From assembly GCA_951406725.2 (NCBI GenBank), contig OX597826.1, positions 42,098,001 through 42,162,000 on the forward strand: 64,000 bases of DNA, in the 5' to 3' direction. Numbering within the stretch: position 1 is the first letter of the stretch; the number at the start of each line of letters is the position of its first letter. Source of the DNA: Octopus vulgaris (taxonomy: Eukaryota). This document shows positions 13,515 through 26,723 of this stretch, piece after piece. The notes under the pieces are model-generated. The model was given only the letters and a program-made list of their open reading frames with translations, did no database searches and had not been told where the DNA came from. Both the position numbers and the translations under genes were made by a program.

Positions 13515-14166
13515 CATTATCGAGGGATTACTGTTTCAATCTCATTCTGAGATTTAATTATGCTTAAATTTAAATTCAGTAATCTTAAAAATGTATAAAT
13601 ACACTGTTATTCCACATCTCTCTTGCGTTTACAAGGATTTAGGCGACAGAAATACTGAAGTGTGAATCTAGTGCCATCTAATAATTATAGTTTAAAAAGC
13701 CCATAACTCCGAAACTACTTCAACTAGAAAGCTGAAATTTCAGATCTACTATTTCTGCATTGCATTGAGTCAGCACACCAAGTTTTGTAAAACTTGAGCA
13801 GGCATTATGAACTCCCCTAGAACAAAGAGACTGACGAAATACTTATTCAGATCTTTGCTGGATCCTAACAAGGTTTTAATTTCTAACCGTGTTGATTGAG
13901 AAAGCCAGAGTTAAATAATTATGCTTCTGGCTATAAAGACCGCGGCGCAACTAGTGTCTTTCGGTGATCGATTTATCTGCTAGAAAGTGCAGCCAAATAT
14001 CCTTCAAATCATACTACACGAGACAAAAATACAGTAAGACAGGGATGGTTATGGATGGAATGCATTTGATCATTCAATGGTTGGACTGAATCGTGATTTG
14101 TTATAAGGCGAAAAATATAAAGCAGAAAGAAAAGAATAAACCCAAACCATCCATCTCTCTCTCCCC

Positions 14167-14213
<47 letters not shown>

Positions 14214-14257
14214 GCACACTCTTTCTGTCTGTCTATGTAAGTTTGAATGAGTGCGAG

Positions 14258-14336
<79 letters not shown>

Positions 14337-14557
14337 CACAAGGTTCAGAGATAGTACGTTGACCAGTCAAGCTACTAGGTGGTATCCAAGAGTTTTGAAA
14401 AGGTCATTCGAAAGGAATCCACGACGATGGGAAGACAATTTATTTTAAAATTTTATGCCAAAATGGAAAGAAATGGATCATTCAAAAAGGAATTGAAAGC
14501 TCATTGTGAGCAGCGATATATAACAATATCTGATAGTCAGGTCGATACAGTGATACA

Positions 14558-14624
<67 letters not shown>

Positions 14625-14709
14625 CAAATTTACAAAAAACAAAAGACGAAGACAGGTGTAGGAACAACAAGCAGGTAGATGTATGTATACATACATACAT
14701 ACATAAGTT

Positions 14710-15088
14710 ACACAAATGCTAGAACTGGGCGCCACTGCATAATGCCAAGGGCTCCAAATTTGCTATCAAGATGTAGGACAAGATACTGTGATAGCCTGGG
14801 CTTCAGAGGCCCACAGCTCTTCAATATCCTCCCGAAGAACCTGAGAGACCTGCATGGCGTGGATACAGATGTCTTTAAAATAAAACTGGTTCTCTTCCTG
14901 TCAGGTGTCCCAGATGAACCAACTTCATGGCAGGAGGTGCAGATGAGGGCAGCTGCACCGAACTCTCTCATGCACCAAATGGCAATTGCTACAAAGCATT
15001 CGTTAAGTAAAATCATGTAGCAACACCAAATGGCGGTGCCCCAGCATGGCAACAGCTCGTGAGCTGAAACTAGATAAAATAAATAAAT
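14710..15088 (+). mobile_element. 3' end of a CR1-group LINE
   Basis: GPQLFNILPKNLR..FKIKL..FLSGVPDEP..RAAAPNSL C-terminal signature, a short 3' UTR stem-loop and a (AAAT)n tail. Confidence 0.88.
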
Positions 15089-15089
15089 A

Positions 15090-15346
15090 TACATATACAT
15101 GCATAAATACTTACATATATGCATGCATGGATACATGCATACAAACATGCATGCATACATACATACATACATACATACACACATACATACATACATACAT
15201 ACATACATACATACATACATACATACATACATACATACATACATACATACATACAAACATGCATGTATACATACATACATACATACATAATACATACCTG
15301 CATACATACATACATACATACATACATACATACATACATACATACA

Positions 15347-15378
<32 letters not shown>

Positions 15379-15420
15379 AGCTTGCATACATACGTACGTA
15401 CATACATATGTACATATGTA
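15090..15420. repeat. (TACA)n array
   Basis: Directly visible. Confidence 0.97.
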
Positions 15421-15796
15421 TAAACAACAGCGTATAACAAGTGACAATATTCGACATAACCACCTGTAGTCCGACAACCCATCGATCTGGCCTGGTCGGC
15501 TGTAGTTCTTAATATATCATCGCACGAAATCAATCAGGAAATAGAGAAATAAATAAACAAATAAGAGAAGAGTTAAAGGGAAAGAGAATTCAGAGGGAGA
15601 AAGAGTTAAAGAAAAAAGGAGAGAGGGTGAGGGGAGAAGGATAGAAAGTAGAAGAGAGAGGATGAGAGAGATGGAAATAGAGAGAGAATTAAGACAAAAT
15701 AAAGAATTAAGGAGTGAGAGAGTGAAGGAGAGAGGGAATTAAGAGAGGGAGAGCGAAAGAGAGAGAGAGAGAATTAAAGAAAGTGAGAAAATTAGA

Positions 15797-15832
<36 letters not shown>

Positions 15833-16509
15833 GTGATCTGAGACACAGATGCAATATATTGTTTGTTCGTGTTTCTATAAAGGGATTCGTGGTATTTTCT
15901 TATTGTCTCGAGATGTCAACGTGTGGCGATCAATCAATCAATCAATGGTTTGTATTGGTACTTGTGTTACTTTTCACACTTGGTTACTTTACATGACAGC
16001 TGTTCACAGACGACGTTCCTTGTGAACTGACATATCTGTCTTGGTTAGGTCGAATTCACATCTATTGAGCACATCACACCACAGACACATCACACACACC
16101 ACATACACACAGACACTGACAATCGATTGTCCACATAGAAAAATTCATGCATGTAGGGTCGCAGCTGGCTCAGTCAAGAAACTGCTCGGCATACAAGCCG
16201 AAATATTAGCGTCTCGTATCCTGTTACCAGCTTCAGTGTGGTGTATTTGGCTAGATTTCTCAGCTATGTTCACATACTTGAAAAATGGTAGCAGAAAGTG
16301 ATACAGTTAATCGCTATAACAATACTGTAAGAAAGTTTGAAGTTCCAGTGTCGGATATGATCTTTAGTTGCGGCCTTGTCAGTTTGTTTTTTTTTTCTTG
16401 ACAACTTGTCTGCAGATGAAACCTACCTGATGCACAATCCTCAATTGTGACTCCCACGAACTGTCTGCATAAAGCAGTGCACCACCTCCCGAGCAACGGT
16501 ATTGGAAGG

Positions 16510-16938
16510 TCGGCGAGCTGGCAGAAACGTTAGCACGCCGGGCGAAATGCTTAGCGGTATTTCGTCTGCCGTTACGTTCCGAGTTCAAATTCCGCCGAGG
16601 TCGACTTTGCCTTTCATCCTTTCGGGGTCGATAAATTAAGTACCAGTTACGCACTGGGGTCGATGTAACCGACTTAATACCTATGTCTGTCCTTGTTTGT
16701 CCTCCTCTGTGTTTAGCCCCTTGTGGGTAATAAAGAAATAGGTATTTCGTCCGCCGTTACGTTGTGAGTTCAAATTCCGCCGAGGTCGACTTTGCCTTTC
16801 ATCCTTTCGGGGTCGATAAATTAAGTACCAGTTACGCACTGGGGTCGATGTAATCGACTTAATACCTATGTCTGTCCTTGTTTGTCCCCTCGGTGTTGTC
16901 CCTTCAGTGTTTAGCCCCTTGTGGGTAATAAAGAAATA
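16510..16938 (+). mobile_element. OK-like SINE dimer with 12-bp TSD
   Basis: Full unit followed by a second unit starting at the internal ggtatttcgtc (16741); TSD ggtattggaagg at 16498-16509 and 16939-16950. Confidence 0.93.
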
Positions 16939-17099
16939 GGTATTGGAAGGCCGGCTAAATCAGTTTGAAGGTGGCTAGCGGGATTTAAAGCTTCAGTGAA
17001 ATTCTTTAAGGGTTTGTCAAACAAACTCGTGTGAAGGCTGGATTTCCCGTGAACTGTGAGGAGAAAACAGTCGTAAATGTTTAGGTGTCAGTGAGGTTG

Positions 17100-17501
17100 T
17101 TGTTGTTATTGTTTTTGAGCTGTTGCTGTTGTTGCTGTTGAGCGAAGCGGTCTTCGTCCTCTTGGGAGAAGTCCGAAACGTGGTCCTTTGCTATTCGTAA
17201 GACCCGCAGAAGAGAGAAAGCAGGTCAACCCCCGACACCGAGAGCATCGACGGATGGATGAATGCGCATACAGGCTCAGCGGTTGCGTCGGAAGTCGGGG
17301 ACAAGAAACAGGAAGAAAGAGTGAATGAAAGTTGGGGCGAAAGAGTACAACAGGGGTCGCCACCCACCCCACTGCCGGAGCCTCGTGGAGCTTTAGGTGC
17401 TTTCGCTCAATAAATACACACAACGCCCGGTCTGGGAATCGAAACCTCGATCCTCCGACTGCGAGTTCGCAGCCCTAACCATTGGGCCATTGCGCCTCCA
17501 C
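17100..17501 (-). mobile_element. tRNA-derived SINE (head A, tail Y) ending in (CAA)n
   Basis: First ~200 nt match the SINE at 10775; the 3' half is unrelated; TSD tgaggttg at 17092-17099 and 17502-17509. Confidence 0.9.
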
Positions 17502-18050
17502 TGAGGTTGCTGTAAAAGGCATACCTCAAAATCATATACGTAGATTACCTTGGTTATTTAGTTGCATCTCGAGTATACCTCTGGTCGTCTCGACTCGACT
17601 TGTTAGTGGTCCTGGAAGTCAGGCACGACGGCGTGTAACTGATCGTCCGGTGCTATGATCCAGATTTAGCACAGGCCAAGATTCGAACTTTTTCAAACTG
17701 ATAGCTCACTCGGTGCCACAATTGGGATATCACGTGAGTTTATGACAATAAAACACCGTTACCTTAGAAGATTAATTACGCAGAAGATGTGGCTCGGGAG
17801 GAAACAATCTCAAAGGAACAGTCGCCTACGCAGTCGCCTTTTTCGCAGTTAATAATAGGTGGAGATTTGGCCTTCTTAGAAAACAAAGGATGGACAGCAA
17901 TAAGGTTGATAAGGCGAGTGACTTCATTTTGTAAGATTAGAGAAGTTAGAAAATCAAAATGAAGCCGTTACTGAATATTTCAAAAGAAAATAGAGAATCC
18001 CCTTAATAATGTGATGCAGCAGCATTGTTTTATTATGACTCTTTTCTAAA

Positions 18051-18557
18051 TACCGTAAATCCTCGAGTATAGTCCGCCCTTGAGTATAATACGGAGGGGA
18101 TTTTTAGGGGGCTGTACCTCTGAAAAACTTAAACCTTGTGTATAATACGCACCACTCCTCTAACTTGAGTCATGCGTAATTCAGCCAGCAGCACCTAGTC
18201 GAGCAAACACTTCCACGCATGCGTAAAACAATAATGGTGATGTTCTTAACTGTTATATGGGAATATAAATATGTTTGCAAATTGTTTTTGTTACATGTTA
18301 TTCTGTGTTCTGAGTACTTTTATTTTAATAAATGTTGCTTACTGCAAGTTAGGGATGATTCTTTTATGATTTCATTGCTTTCAGGCTTAGCTTAAGGTAT
18401 TTTCCCGCCCGACATCACAAAATGCGTCTGAAGAAACATTGCCGGACAGCAAATAGACTCGGACATTGCTTAGAAAATATTTTTCATTTTTAACCTCGTA
18501 TATAGTACGCACTAGGGATTTTGAAAACATGCGGATTATACTCGATGATTTAAGGTA
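18051..18557. mobile_element. Tc1/mariner-superfamily MITE (CCGTA termini, TA target)
   Basis: TIRs taccgtaaatcctcgagtatagtccgc and gcggattatactcgatgatttaaggta; related inverted copy at 21234-21927. Confidence 0.9.
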
Positions 18558-20669
18558 GGTGACGTGACAAAGTACAGTGAAGTGAATTTGTAGATTTATC
18601 TCGGAGACTGATGACTTCTCTAAGTTAAGTGTTTCATAGAATTACATAGAGCCTCTCTTCCTAATCCAGTTATTTACTTCGTGGTTTCTTACAGTAACAT
18701 GGTGGTAATTACCTTTAAAGAGTAAAAAGTGCTTAGTAGAATTTAGAAGGTTTCAAATTTCTTCAACTCGTCGCTAACAACTCGGCACAGAAAAATGTAT
18801 ATCACTGTAAAAAACTTGTTTCATCCTTTCATTAATAAAAAGAAAAGGCAGGGGGGCTGCAGTGGGGGACGGTTGCACTAATATTGGGGTGGGGGTCTCT
18901 GATATATGTCAGTTTGAGAATTACTAGTTTTGTACCAATTCAGTTCTGATTGTACAAATTCATGGTCGAAGACGTTCCCGCTGGGACCTCCCGGTTTGTT
19001 TTATTCAGTTATTTGTCAAGGGTTATCAAGGATTACATTCTTTAAAACTGTCCATTATTTCTTGTTTAAACTATAAGGCGTAGGAATTGAATGAAATTTG
19101 TGATTGCTGTTTGTAACCGCGTACAAGATTGTTATGTCGTGTATATCTATGATCAAAGGACTTCCAGCCGTGATTCACCATCCTTCAGATATAGACGACT
19201 ATATTATCTAATGTGACCTTCCTTATTCAAAACGGTAGTGTTATTTGGAGAAAATATGGTCGCTGTTCCTAGCATATAAAGTGTCTATGTAGGATCGACT
19301 CTTCTAATGTTTATTTCAGATGTGAACTGTGAGATGGAATCGTATTGATCGATATGATGAACGATTAGTTATTTGGACTATTGTCTACTGTGTTTTCATG
19401 TCAATGTAAACGAAATAAACATTTCCATCCAGCCCTGTTTATTTTACTTTATAAATAAATTCTAAAATATTCAAATTAACTATAGTAATTCGAAGCTGCG
19501 AGGCAAAATGGTTAGCAGTACGGGAATGTATTCTGCCTACGAATATAGTAGCATTCAGCTGCTTATTGTAGCCTAGTGATATGTGTGGCGTCTATTTCAT
19601 TTCATAGAGGCTGTAGAAAAAGCATCGCCAGAAATCTGTGAAGTCAAATTCTGGTTGTTATCGTTGCTTAATCTCCGTTACAGGAACAGAATGAGAAGGT
19701 CATAGTTGAAGGTTCTGCAACTGTGACCATTTCTAATTACCTTGCTATCAAAATGCAGTGAGGAATCGGCCTGTTAAAAATCTGTAATGACGATGTAATT
19801 GATAGTACAATCAAGTATTGAGTAAAAAAAACAAATAACTGTGATAAACATAGAGCATATATATATTCGTGTTTTATTTTACAATAAAAGAAGAAAAAAA
19901 ACGTTAATTTACGCGAAAATGCTGTATGGTGTAAGGGAGTTAACTCTTGGTATTGTAAGGTAGATAACTCTTACATTTCAGTATAGCTTGCTTCCTTGCG
20001 CAAGTTAGTATTTCTATGGACCTTTACCCAAAGTATATTATGATGTATCATATACCGCAAAAGCTACCCAAAATCTATAAACTATAATATATAAATCTAT
20101 AATATCTATAATCTATAATAGTATTAGATCAATGATAAGCATATAAATAGGACTCATATAAATATGAACTGTATCGACAGAATTCAGAGTATGAAGTTAA
20201 ATTAACAAATAAAATTGCTTTATGAGGTGTGGACGAGAATCATAACGTTCAGATATCTAAGATCTTTCCAAAGTTTCTCGTTTTCTCTCTATCTCTCTCT
20301 CTCTCTCTCTCTCTTCCTCAATCTCTCCACACACACACCAGAATGCTGTGACACGCTTTTGACTCTTACATTGTTATTTGAAGAGTAACTAAAGCAAAGA
20401 CACATCAGCATGTTTTCATTTACTGCTTGTCTCGCTATCTTTTCTAACATTTTGAAAAGTACTCACAGGTACAAACAGCCTCTCCTTATGCTTTTGAGCC
20501 TTTTCCATTTTCATTGATCCATATTAGTGTTTCTGTGAAGCATTATGTATTGAATATTGGCTATTCTTGATTAAACATTATAGTTAAGTTTTTTTTGTCG
20601 GACTCTCTCATAAATTCAGTAAACCCGCTGGGTGCTCTTCGTACCCCATTTATCAAGCTCTACTCTTGT

Positions 20670-20858
20670 ATATATTGGTTTCAAATTTTGGCACAAAGCC
20701 AGCCAGTTCAATCCCAAAACTCAACTGGTACTTATTTATCGACTTCGAAAGAATGTAAGGCAAAATCGACCTCGGTGGAATTTGAACTCAGAACGTAAAA
20801 GTAGACGAGATGCCGCGAAGCAATTTGCCCGGTGTGCTAACGTGTCTGCCAGTTCGTT
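20670..20858 (-). mobile_element. Diverged OK-like SINE
   Basis: actggtacttatttatcgac...tcgacctcggtggaatttgaactcagaacgt. Confidence 0.82.
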
Positions 20859-21233
20859 TCTTTTGCTTTTATCTATATTAAGCCCTGTTATTACATTTTA
20901 CATATTCTTCTCTATATCAATTGAATTCGCTTTTACACTTTCAAACGCGGTTTTTATCTTCACAGAACCTGAACACTTCAAGTCATAAACAATGTATTTG
21001 GAAAACATTCTTTATTAACGATTTAAAATCTAGTCCCCTTCAAAAAAATTATTTAAACAGGGCCATCATTATATACTTATTGAATAAATACATTTGTAAC
21101 ACGATGATCCCTTTTTTCGTGAATAACTTACAATTAAACTTTACAAATGTTGGGTCTAAACGTCTTTAATAATTTCTTGGTAAAACCGAAACTGTTTCTC
21201 AAAGATTCCAGTCTTCACTTCAAAGCCAGGAAC

Positions 21234-21927
21234 TACCGTAAATCCTCGAGTATAATCCGCATTTTTCCCCAAAATTTAAAGGTCAAACTCCCTAGTGCGT
21301 ACTATATACGACGTTAAAAATGAAAATTATTTTCTAAGCAATGTCCGAGTCTCTATTTGCTGTTCGGCAATGTTTATTCAGACGCATTTTGTGATGTCGG
21401 GCGCGAAAATACCTTAAATCATCCATAACTTGCAGTAAGCAACATTTATTAAACGTTATTACTGTTATTTCTTTATTTTCTGCAAACAAAATGCACAAAA
21501 AAGCTACACGTTTGCATTATGTTATATATACAATAATAATAAGGAGAGGGGCTTTCTCCGTCCGGGTTGTGGATCCGTGGAATAAGCTGCCGGACGAGAT
21601 AGTGAAGATGCCGACGACCGCTCGGTTCAAAGTCTCCCTTGACCACAAGTGGCCTGAACTCTTTACATGAACACCACCCTGTACATAACTCCATGTCCCC
21701 CTACATGGCCTTGCTTTTTGCTTTTTGAGCCAAAAAATTAACTAAATAAATAAAGGACGTTACCGTATACATTTTTACAAACCAAGGACATTATATAGAC
21801 CTCCTTGACTCAAGTTAGAGAAGGGACGCGTATTATACACAAGGTTTAGGTTTTTCAGAGGTACAGCCCCCTAAAAATCCCCTGCGTATTATACTCAAGG
21901 GAGGACTATACTCGAGGATTTACGGTA
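21234..21927. mobile_element. Tc1/mariner-superfamily MITE, same family as 18051, carrying a LINE insertion
   Basis: TIRs taccgtaaatcctcgagtata and tatactcgaggatttacggta; internal blocks are reverse-complementary to 18051-18557. Confidence 0.92.
21541..21754 (+). mobile_element. Short 3' end of a CR1 LINE nested in the MITE
   Basis: Translates RRGAFSVRVVDPWNKLPDEIVKMPTTARFKVSLDHKW (CR1 FSxRVVxxWNxLP motif); (TAAA)n tail. Confidence 0.88.
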
Positions 21928-23214
21928 CTTCATAACGGAAGATTTGCTGAGGCGAGTTTTACAAAGAGAGACAGGAGTTATTTAGTATTCAAATATAAGT
22001 AGAAGAGGCAAACAATATATCAATGTGATTTTTACGTTGATTTACACCAGCATTATATATCAGTATTAGTTGTTATATAATTGTTCACTCTTTTTCTTAC
22101 TCTCAGCAAATTCATTAAACACAAAGCATACGCATTTCATTGAACGACGAATCAGTCAAGCCAGATGCAAGGGAAATAACTTCGTTTCTGTATCTGGTTT
22201 GCAAGATACTTTATGTGAAATCATGTGTTGAAATAGATATTATTGTGTCTGAGGAGAATCAAATTGTCTTAATGCCTGGGGAAAATTATATTGTCTTAAC
22301 ACTCACCCATTCGATTTCCACCCATTTATTATTATTTTTTCTTCCAAAATTTTTGCTGCTTTTGCAACCTTGAGAATATTATTATTTTGTAATTTCATAT
22401 TTTATTAATATTATGATTATATCTATAGACAAATACTTTGTATTTGTCTAACTTCTATTCTTACACTTGAAACATGTAGCATTTCAGTCGAACATACAGC
22501 AAAAAATTTTAAGTGCAATAATAATTTTGACATGGCGTTTACTGTACGTTTACTACAAGTCGCGTTCGCGATTCAGTTATCTCCCCTACACCTTTTCTTC
22601 CTTGCACAAATTTTCAGTTTCCAAAAGTGATTCCCTATCCATTTCGACAGCGACTGCTGCACTGTTGTCTAATTGCAGCACAGTGTCTTAGGCCTGAGTT
22701 TATAACATGTATTTACCAGGTGCAGGCCTGATTTAGAGTGAAGTCTATGCTCGGACTTTTGATTTATTGTAATATGGATCGTTTTATATCATTTAGTAGG
22801 TACCAGCCATGTCGCTTATGAAATTGTTAAAGTTTAAATTGAATTTCTGAACAGGTATTATTCCCTAACCGATTCCATAGTCAATTGACTGCGAGTAGAA
22901 ACAATTCGGTATCAGAATAAGGGATCGCAGCTATAGTGGTATCGTATGCTGTGTACTTAAAAATAATTTCCACATTTTCTGGGTAAATGGAGTTCGCTAA
23001 GGATTTCACATCATTTGTGATATGCTTTACGGACTCCCAAGATACACAGGCAGTACCTCAGCTTGACCTCAGTCAAATAACTGAAGCAAGTGAAGAAAAG
23101 GTGTGTGAGACTTCAGGAGCTATGGCACCATTTTGAATCTTTCCTGTGCCATACCGATGATTGCAATAACAGGTGAATCATACTGAAGTAGGATAACGAA
23201 AATGGTATGTCATT

Positions 23215-23419
23215 TACTCTTTTACTTACTTCAGTCATTTGATTGTGGCCATGCTGGAGCATCGCCTTTAGTCGAGCAAATCGACCCCAGGACTTATTCG
23301 TTGTAAGCCTAGTACTTATTCAATCGGTCTCTTTTACCGAACCGCTAAGTTACGGGGACGTAAACATACCAGCATCGGTTGTCAAGCGATGTTGGGGGAT
23401 ATATACACACACGTACATA

Positions 23420-23486
<67 letters not shown>

Positions 23487-23650
23487 CGGGCTTCTTTCAG
23501 TTTCCGTCTACCAAGTTCACTCACAAGGCTTTGGTCGGCCCGAGGCTATTGTTGAAGATACTTGCCCATGGTGCCACGCAGTGGGACTGAACCCGGTACC
23601 ATGTGCTTGGTAAGCAAGCTACTTACCACACAGAGACTCCCGCTCCCATG
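23215..23650 (-). mobile_element. Full-length SINE family C with internal (TA)n
   Basis: Reverse complement of 35059-35478 with an expanded internal microsatellite. Confidence 0.92.
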
Positions 23651-24454
23651 ATTTAGTTAGGATTTTACTCACAAAAAGTTCTTCGGATAGACTTCTCAGT
23701 GACAACAGTTTGCAAAGTATTTATAACAATACCAAGAAGCAGTAGTTGAAGAATCCGTGGAGATTCAACCATTTCTGTTGTTATTATAACACTATAATGT
23801 TATCCAATGAACAATATTACTGTTACTTAATGACAGAAACTCTGCCAGCAGATAACCTCCTACTTTAAACGAAGATAACAACGAAATCATGTAGAAAAAT
23901 TTATATGAAATAAATTGATAAATTCATGTAAACATTTATAAATCAATACGTAAACAACGACAACAACAAAATGTGTCTTTGCACATGCTACATCCTCATA
24001 ACAAATATGAATGCAATGTATTTTCAAAATAAAGGTTGATAGATATTACTGATAGTAAAACGTTATACAAGGCTACAAATATTCAGTTTTCCTTAACGCA
24101 ATATCAATAATATAGGATAAGAGTAATTCATAACAATACAGAGTACTCGGGCTAAATTTCACAATTGTTATGTTTCTTTTTTTTTCTTTCTTTTTCAGGA
24201 ACACCTTAAAGTATTGGTGATCAGTCACCGGCGTTGGAGAACATAACGATTAAACTTGTAGTTGAGAAAAAGTTAGCTGACAGGCAGGACTGGAAACCAT
24301 CTGAATTTTGGGAAAAGAGTTACTTGTGCCATGGTGATTCGTGCTTAGTACCCACATGCTGATATCATGCGCGCTATAGCCGCGGGTCGACCAAAGCCTT
24401 GTGAGTGGATTTGGTAGACAGAAACTGAAAGAAGCCTGTCGTATATATGTATAT

Positions 24455-24878
24455 CATACCCAATGCTCTGTGATCACTGTAAATGCTAATGATTGTCGGA
24501 GAAGTTCTACGACTTCACCAGTCCCGGTTTCTGGTCTCTCAATTCCTCCGATTGTAATCCAACGGATAACTATGTGTGGGACGCGGTTCGGAAAGATACC
24601 AAACTCCCTGACGGCAACATCAAGGCCGAATTAGAAGCAAAGAATAAGGCGGTTTTAGAAAATGTTCCCCGAGACACATGCACTAGGTTCTGGAGCCATT
24701 TTGAGGCAATGGGGGAAGCTAAGGACGGCTACTTTGAGTTAGCTGTTACCTCCGAGCCACAATCTTGTTAAGGATTTTTCTTTTGATTTTTTAAACAATA
24801 CATTTTTATTTTTGGATGGGATATTGTGTTTGCTTTCCATTTTATGCAAAATGTCAAATTTAGTCCGAACAACGGATC
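24455..24878 (+). mobile_element. Tc1/mariner-superfamily transposase C-terminal relic
   Basis: ORF 24493-24771 FWSLNSSDCNPTDNYVWDAV..EAKDGYFE resembles the WPPNSPDxNPxDYxVW...GGYFE motif. Confidence 0.82.
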
Positions 24879-25779
24879 AGCAACGACTGGGTTATTGCAA
24901 ATCATCATTATTGTCAATTGTTAGCAATAAGGTTTATAAAATTCTTGTATTATAAGAATGAACTGTTACATCCAACCCAGCAGAGGCATATTTCAACTTA
25001 CATTAGTAGTTGGTTCCAAGATATCCGACTTAAATCGAAAAACGACATAACACGAAAAATCATTTTATAAACTTTATGATGTTTAAGTAAATATTTTACA
25101 CACGCATAGTTTCACCTGTAGTCTATTTGATTTTCCATTATACGATTGTTTTTTAATTAATTTTTTTTTTTAATTTATAATTCGCTGAAATCGAATCGAC
25201 GGCAGTTGAATTTTTTTCAACCAAAAAGAAAAAAAGTAAGAAAATATAAACGACGTGAAATCTAAAAGAATGTCACTCGAAACGAAATATGTGTGAGAGT
25301 TACCTCCCATATGCTACCATATGAAATGATTTGAAAATCACTCTTTAATGTATAGAAAAAAAATCCCAGAAAACATTATAATATTAATTCGTGTAATTAT
25401 ATCTGTGTAATTTATTTATTAAAAAGAAGTATGACACCATAAGACAAGATGCTTCATTTAGAGATTGCTGGCGGAATGCTTAAATTTCAATGGGGAGAGA
25501 TGAAACGGGAACACAAGGATTACTTGATGGATCATATCAAGGGATTAGGCAGACTTAAAATGAAGGGAGTGTATAAGGCACAGCACAATACAGAGTGAGA
25601 TGGCAATAGATGGCATTCGTGATAATAATGATGATGATGGTGGTGGTGGTGGTGGTGGTGGTGGTGGTGGTGGTGATGGTGGTGGTGGTGATGGTGGTGG
25701 TGGTGGTGGTGGTGCTGTTGCTGGTGCTGCTGCTGCTACTGATGATGATGATGATGATTATAACTGAATCTTTTTATCT

Positions 25780-26067
25780 TTTTTTATCATTTACTTGTTT
25801 CAGCCATTTGACTGCGGCCATGCAGGAGCACTGCTTTTACTCGAGCAAATCGACCCCCAGAGCTTATTCTGTGTAAGCCTAGTACTTATTCTAACGATCT
25901 CTTTTGCCGAACTGCTAAGTTACGGGGACGTAAACACACAAGCATCGGTTGTCAAGCGATGTTGGAGGAGGGGGAAAGCACGGACACACAAACATATACA
26001 CACACATACATATATATATGTATATATATATACATATGTATATATATATACATATATACATATGTAC

Positions 26068-26105
<38 letters not shown>

Positions 26106-26231
26106 GTGTTCCCCAGCTTAGCCAGCGGGGTGGCGTCATTCAAAGGCTAAAACAATGCGAACGCATTGTGACCAGCGATGTGTAACAACATCTGATGGTC
26201 TGGTCGGTCACGTGATATATGTATATCACGT

Positions 26232-26303
<72 letters not shown>

Positions 26304-26462
26304 CGACGGGCTTCTTCCAGTTTCAATCTACGAAATCCACTCACAAGGCTTTGGTCGGCCTGAGGCTATTGTAGAAGACACTTGCCCAAGGTGCCATGCA
26401 GTGGGAATGAACCCGGAACCATGTGGTTGGTAAGCAAGCTACTTACCACACAGCCATTCCTC
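25780..26462 (-). mobile_element. SINE family C interrupted by a ~135-bp insert in its internal (TA)n
   Basis: 3' half at 25780-26000, 5' half at 26304-26462, insert at 26103-26240. Confidence 0.9.
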
Positions 26463-26649
26463 GATGTTTTGTAGTGCAAATCCTTAATTCATACTTTACA
26501 AATGATCCCGAAATCTGGAACTATAAGAATCTACAAGAAAATCTTGAGATTTAAAGGATGATGGTTAAAAGAAGATACTTTTCTTCAAAACTTTGCTACC
26601 AAGTAGGGGATCAGACAAAATTTTCTCTAAAAAAGTGAAAGAGGAGAAC

Positions 26650-26680
<31 letters not shown>

Positions 26681-26723
26681 CATACATACATACATACATA
26701 CATACATACATACATACATACAT

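Noticed and set aside
18850-18896. Four G-runs, potential G-quadruplex
   Set aside because: One long loop, probably part of a decayed DNA-transposon end; no functional context.
22587-22688. Minus-strand frame DTVLQLDNSAAVAVEMDRESLLETENLCKEEKV*
   Set aside because: In-frame stop immediately upstream and no credible splice acceptor.
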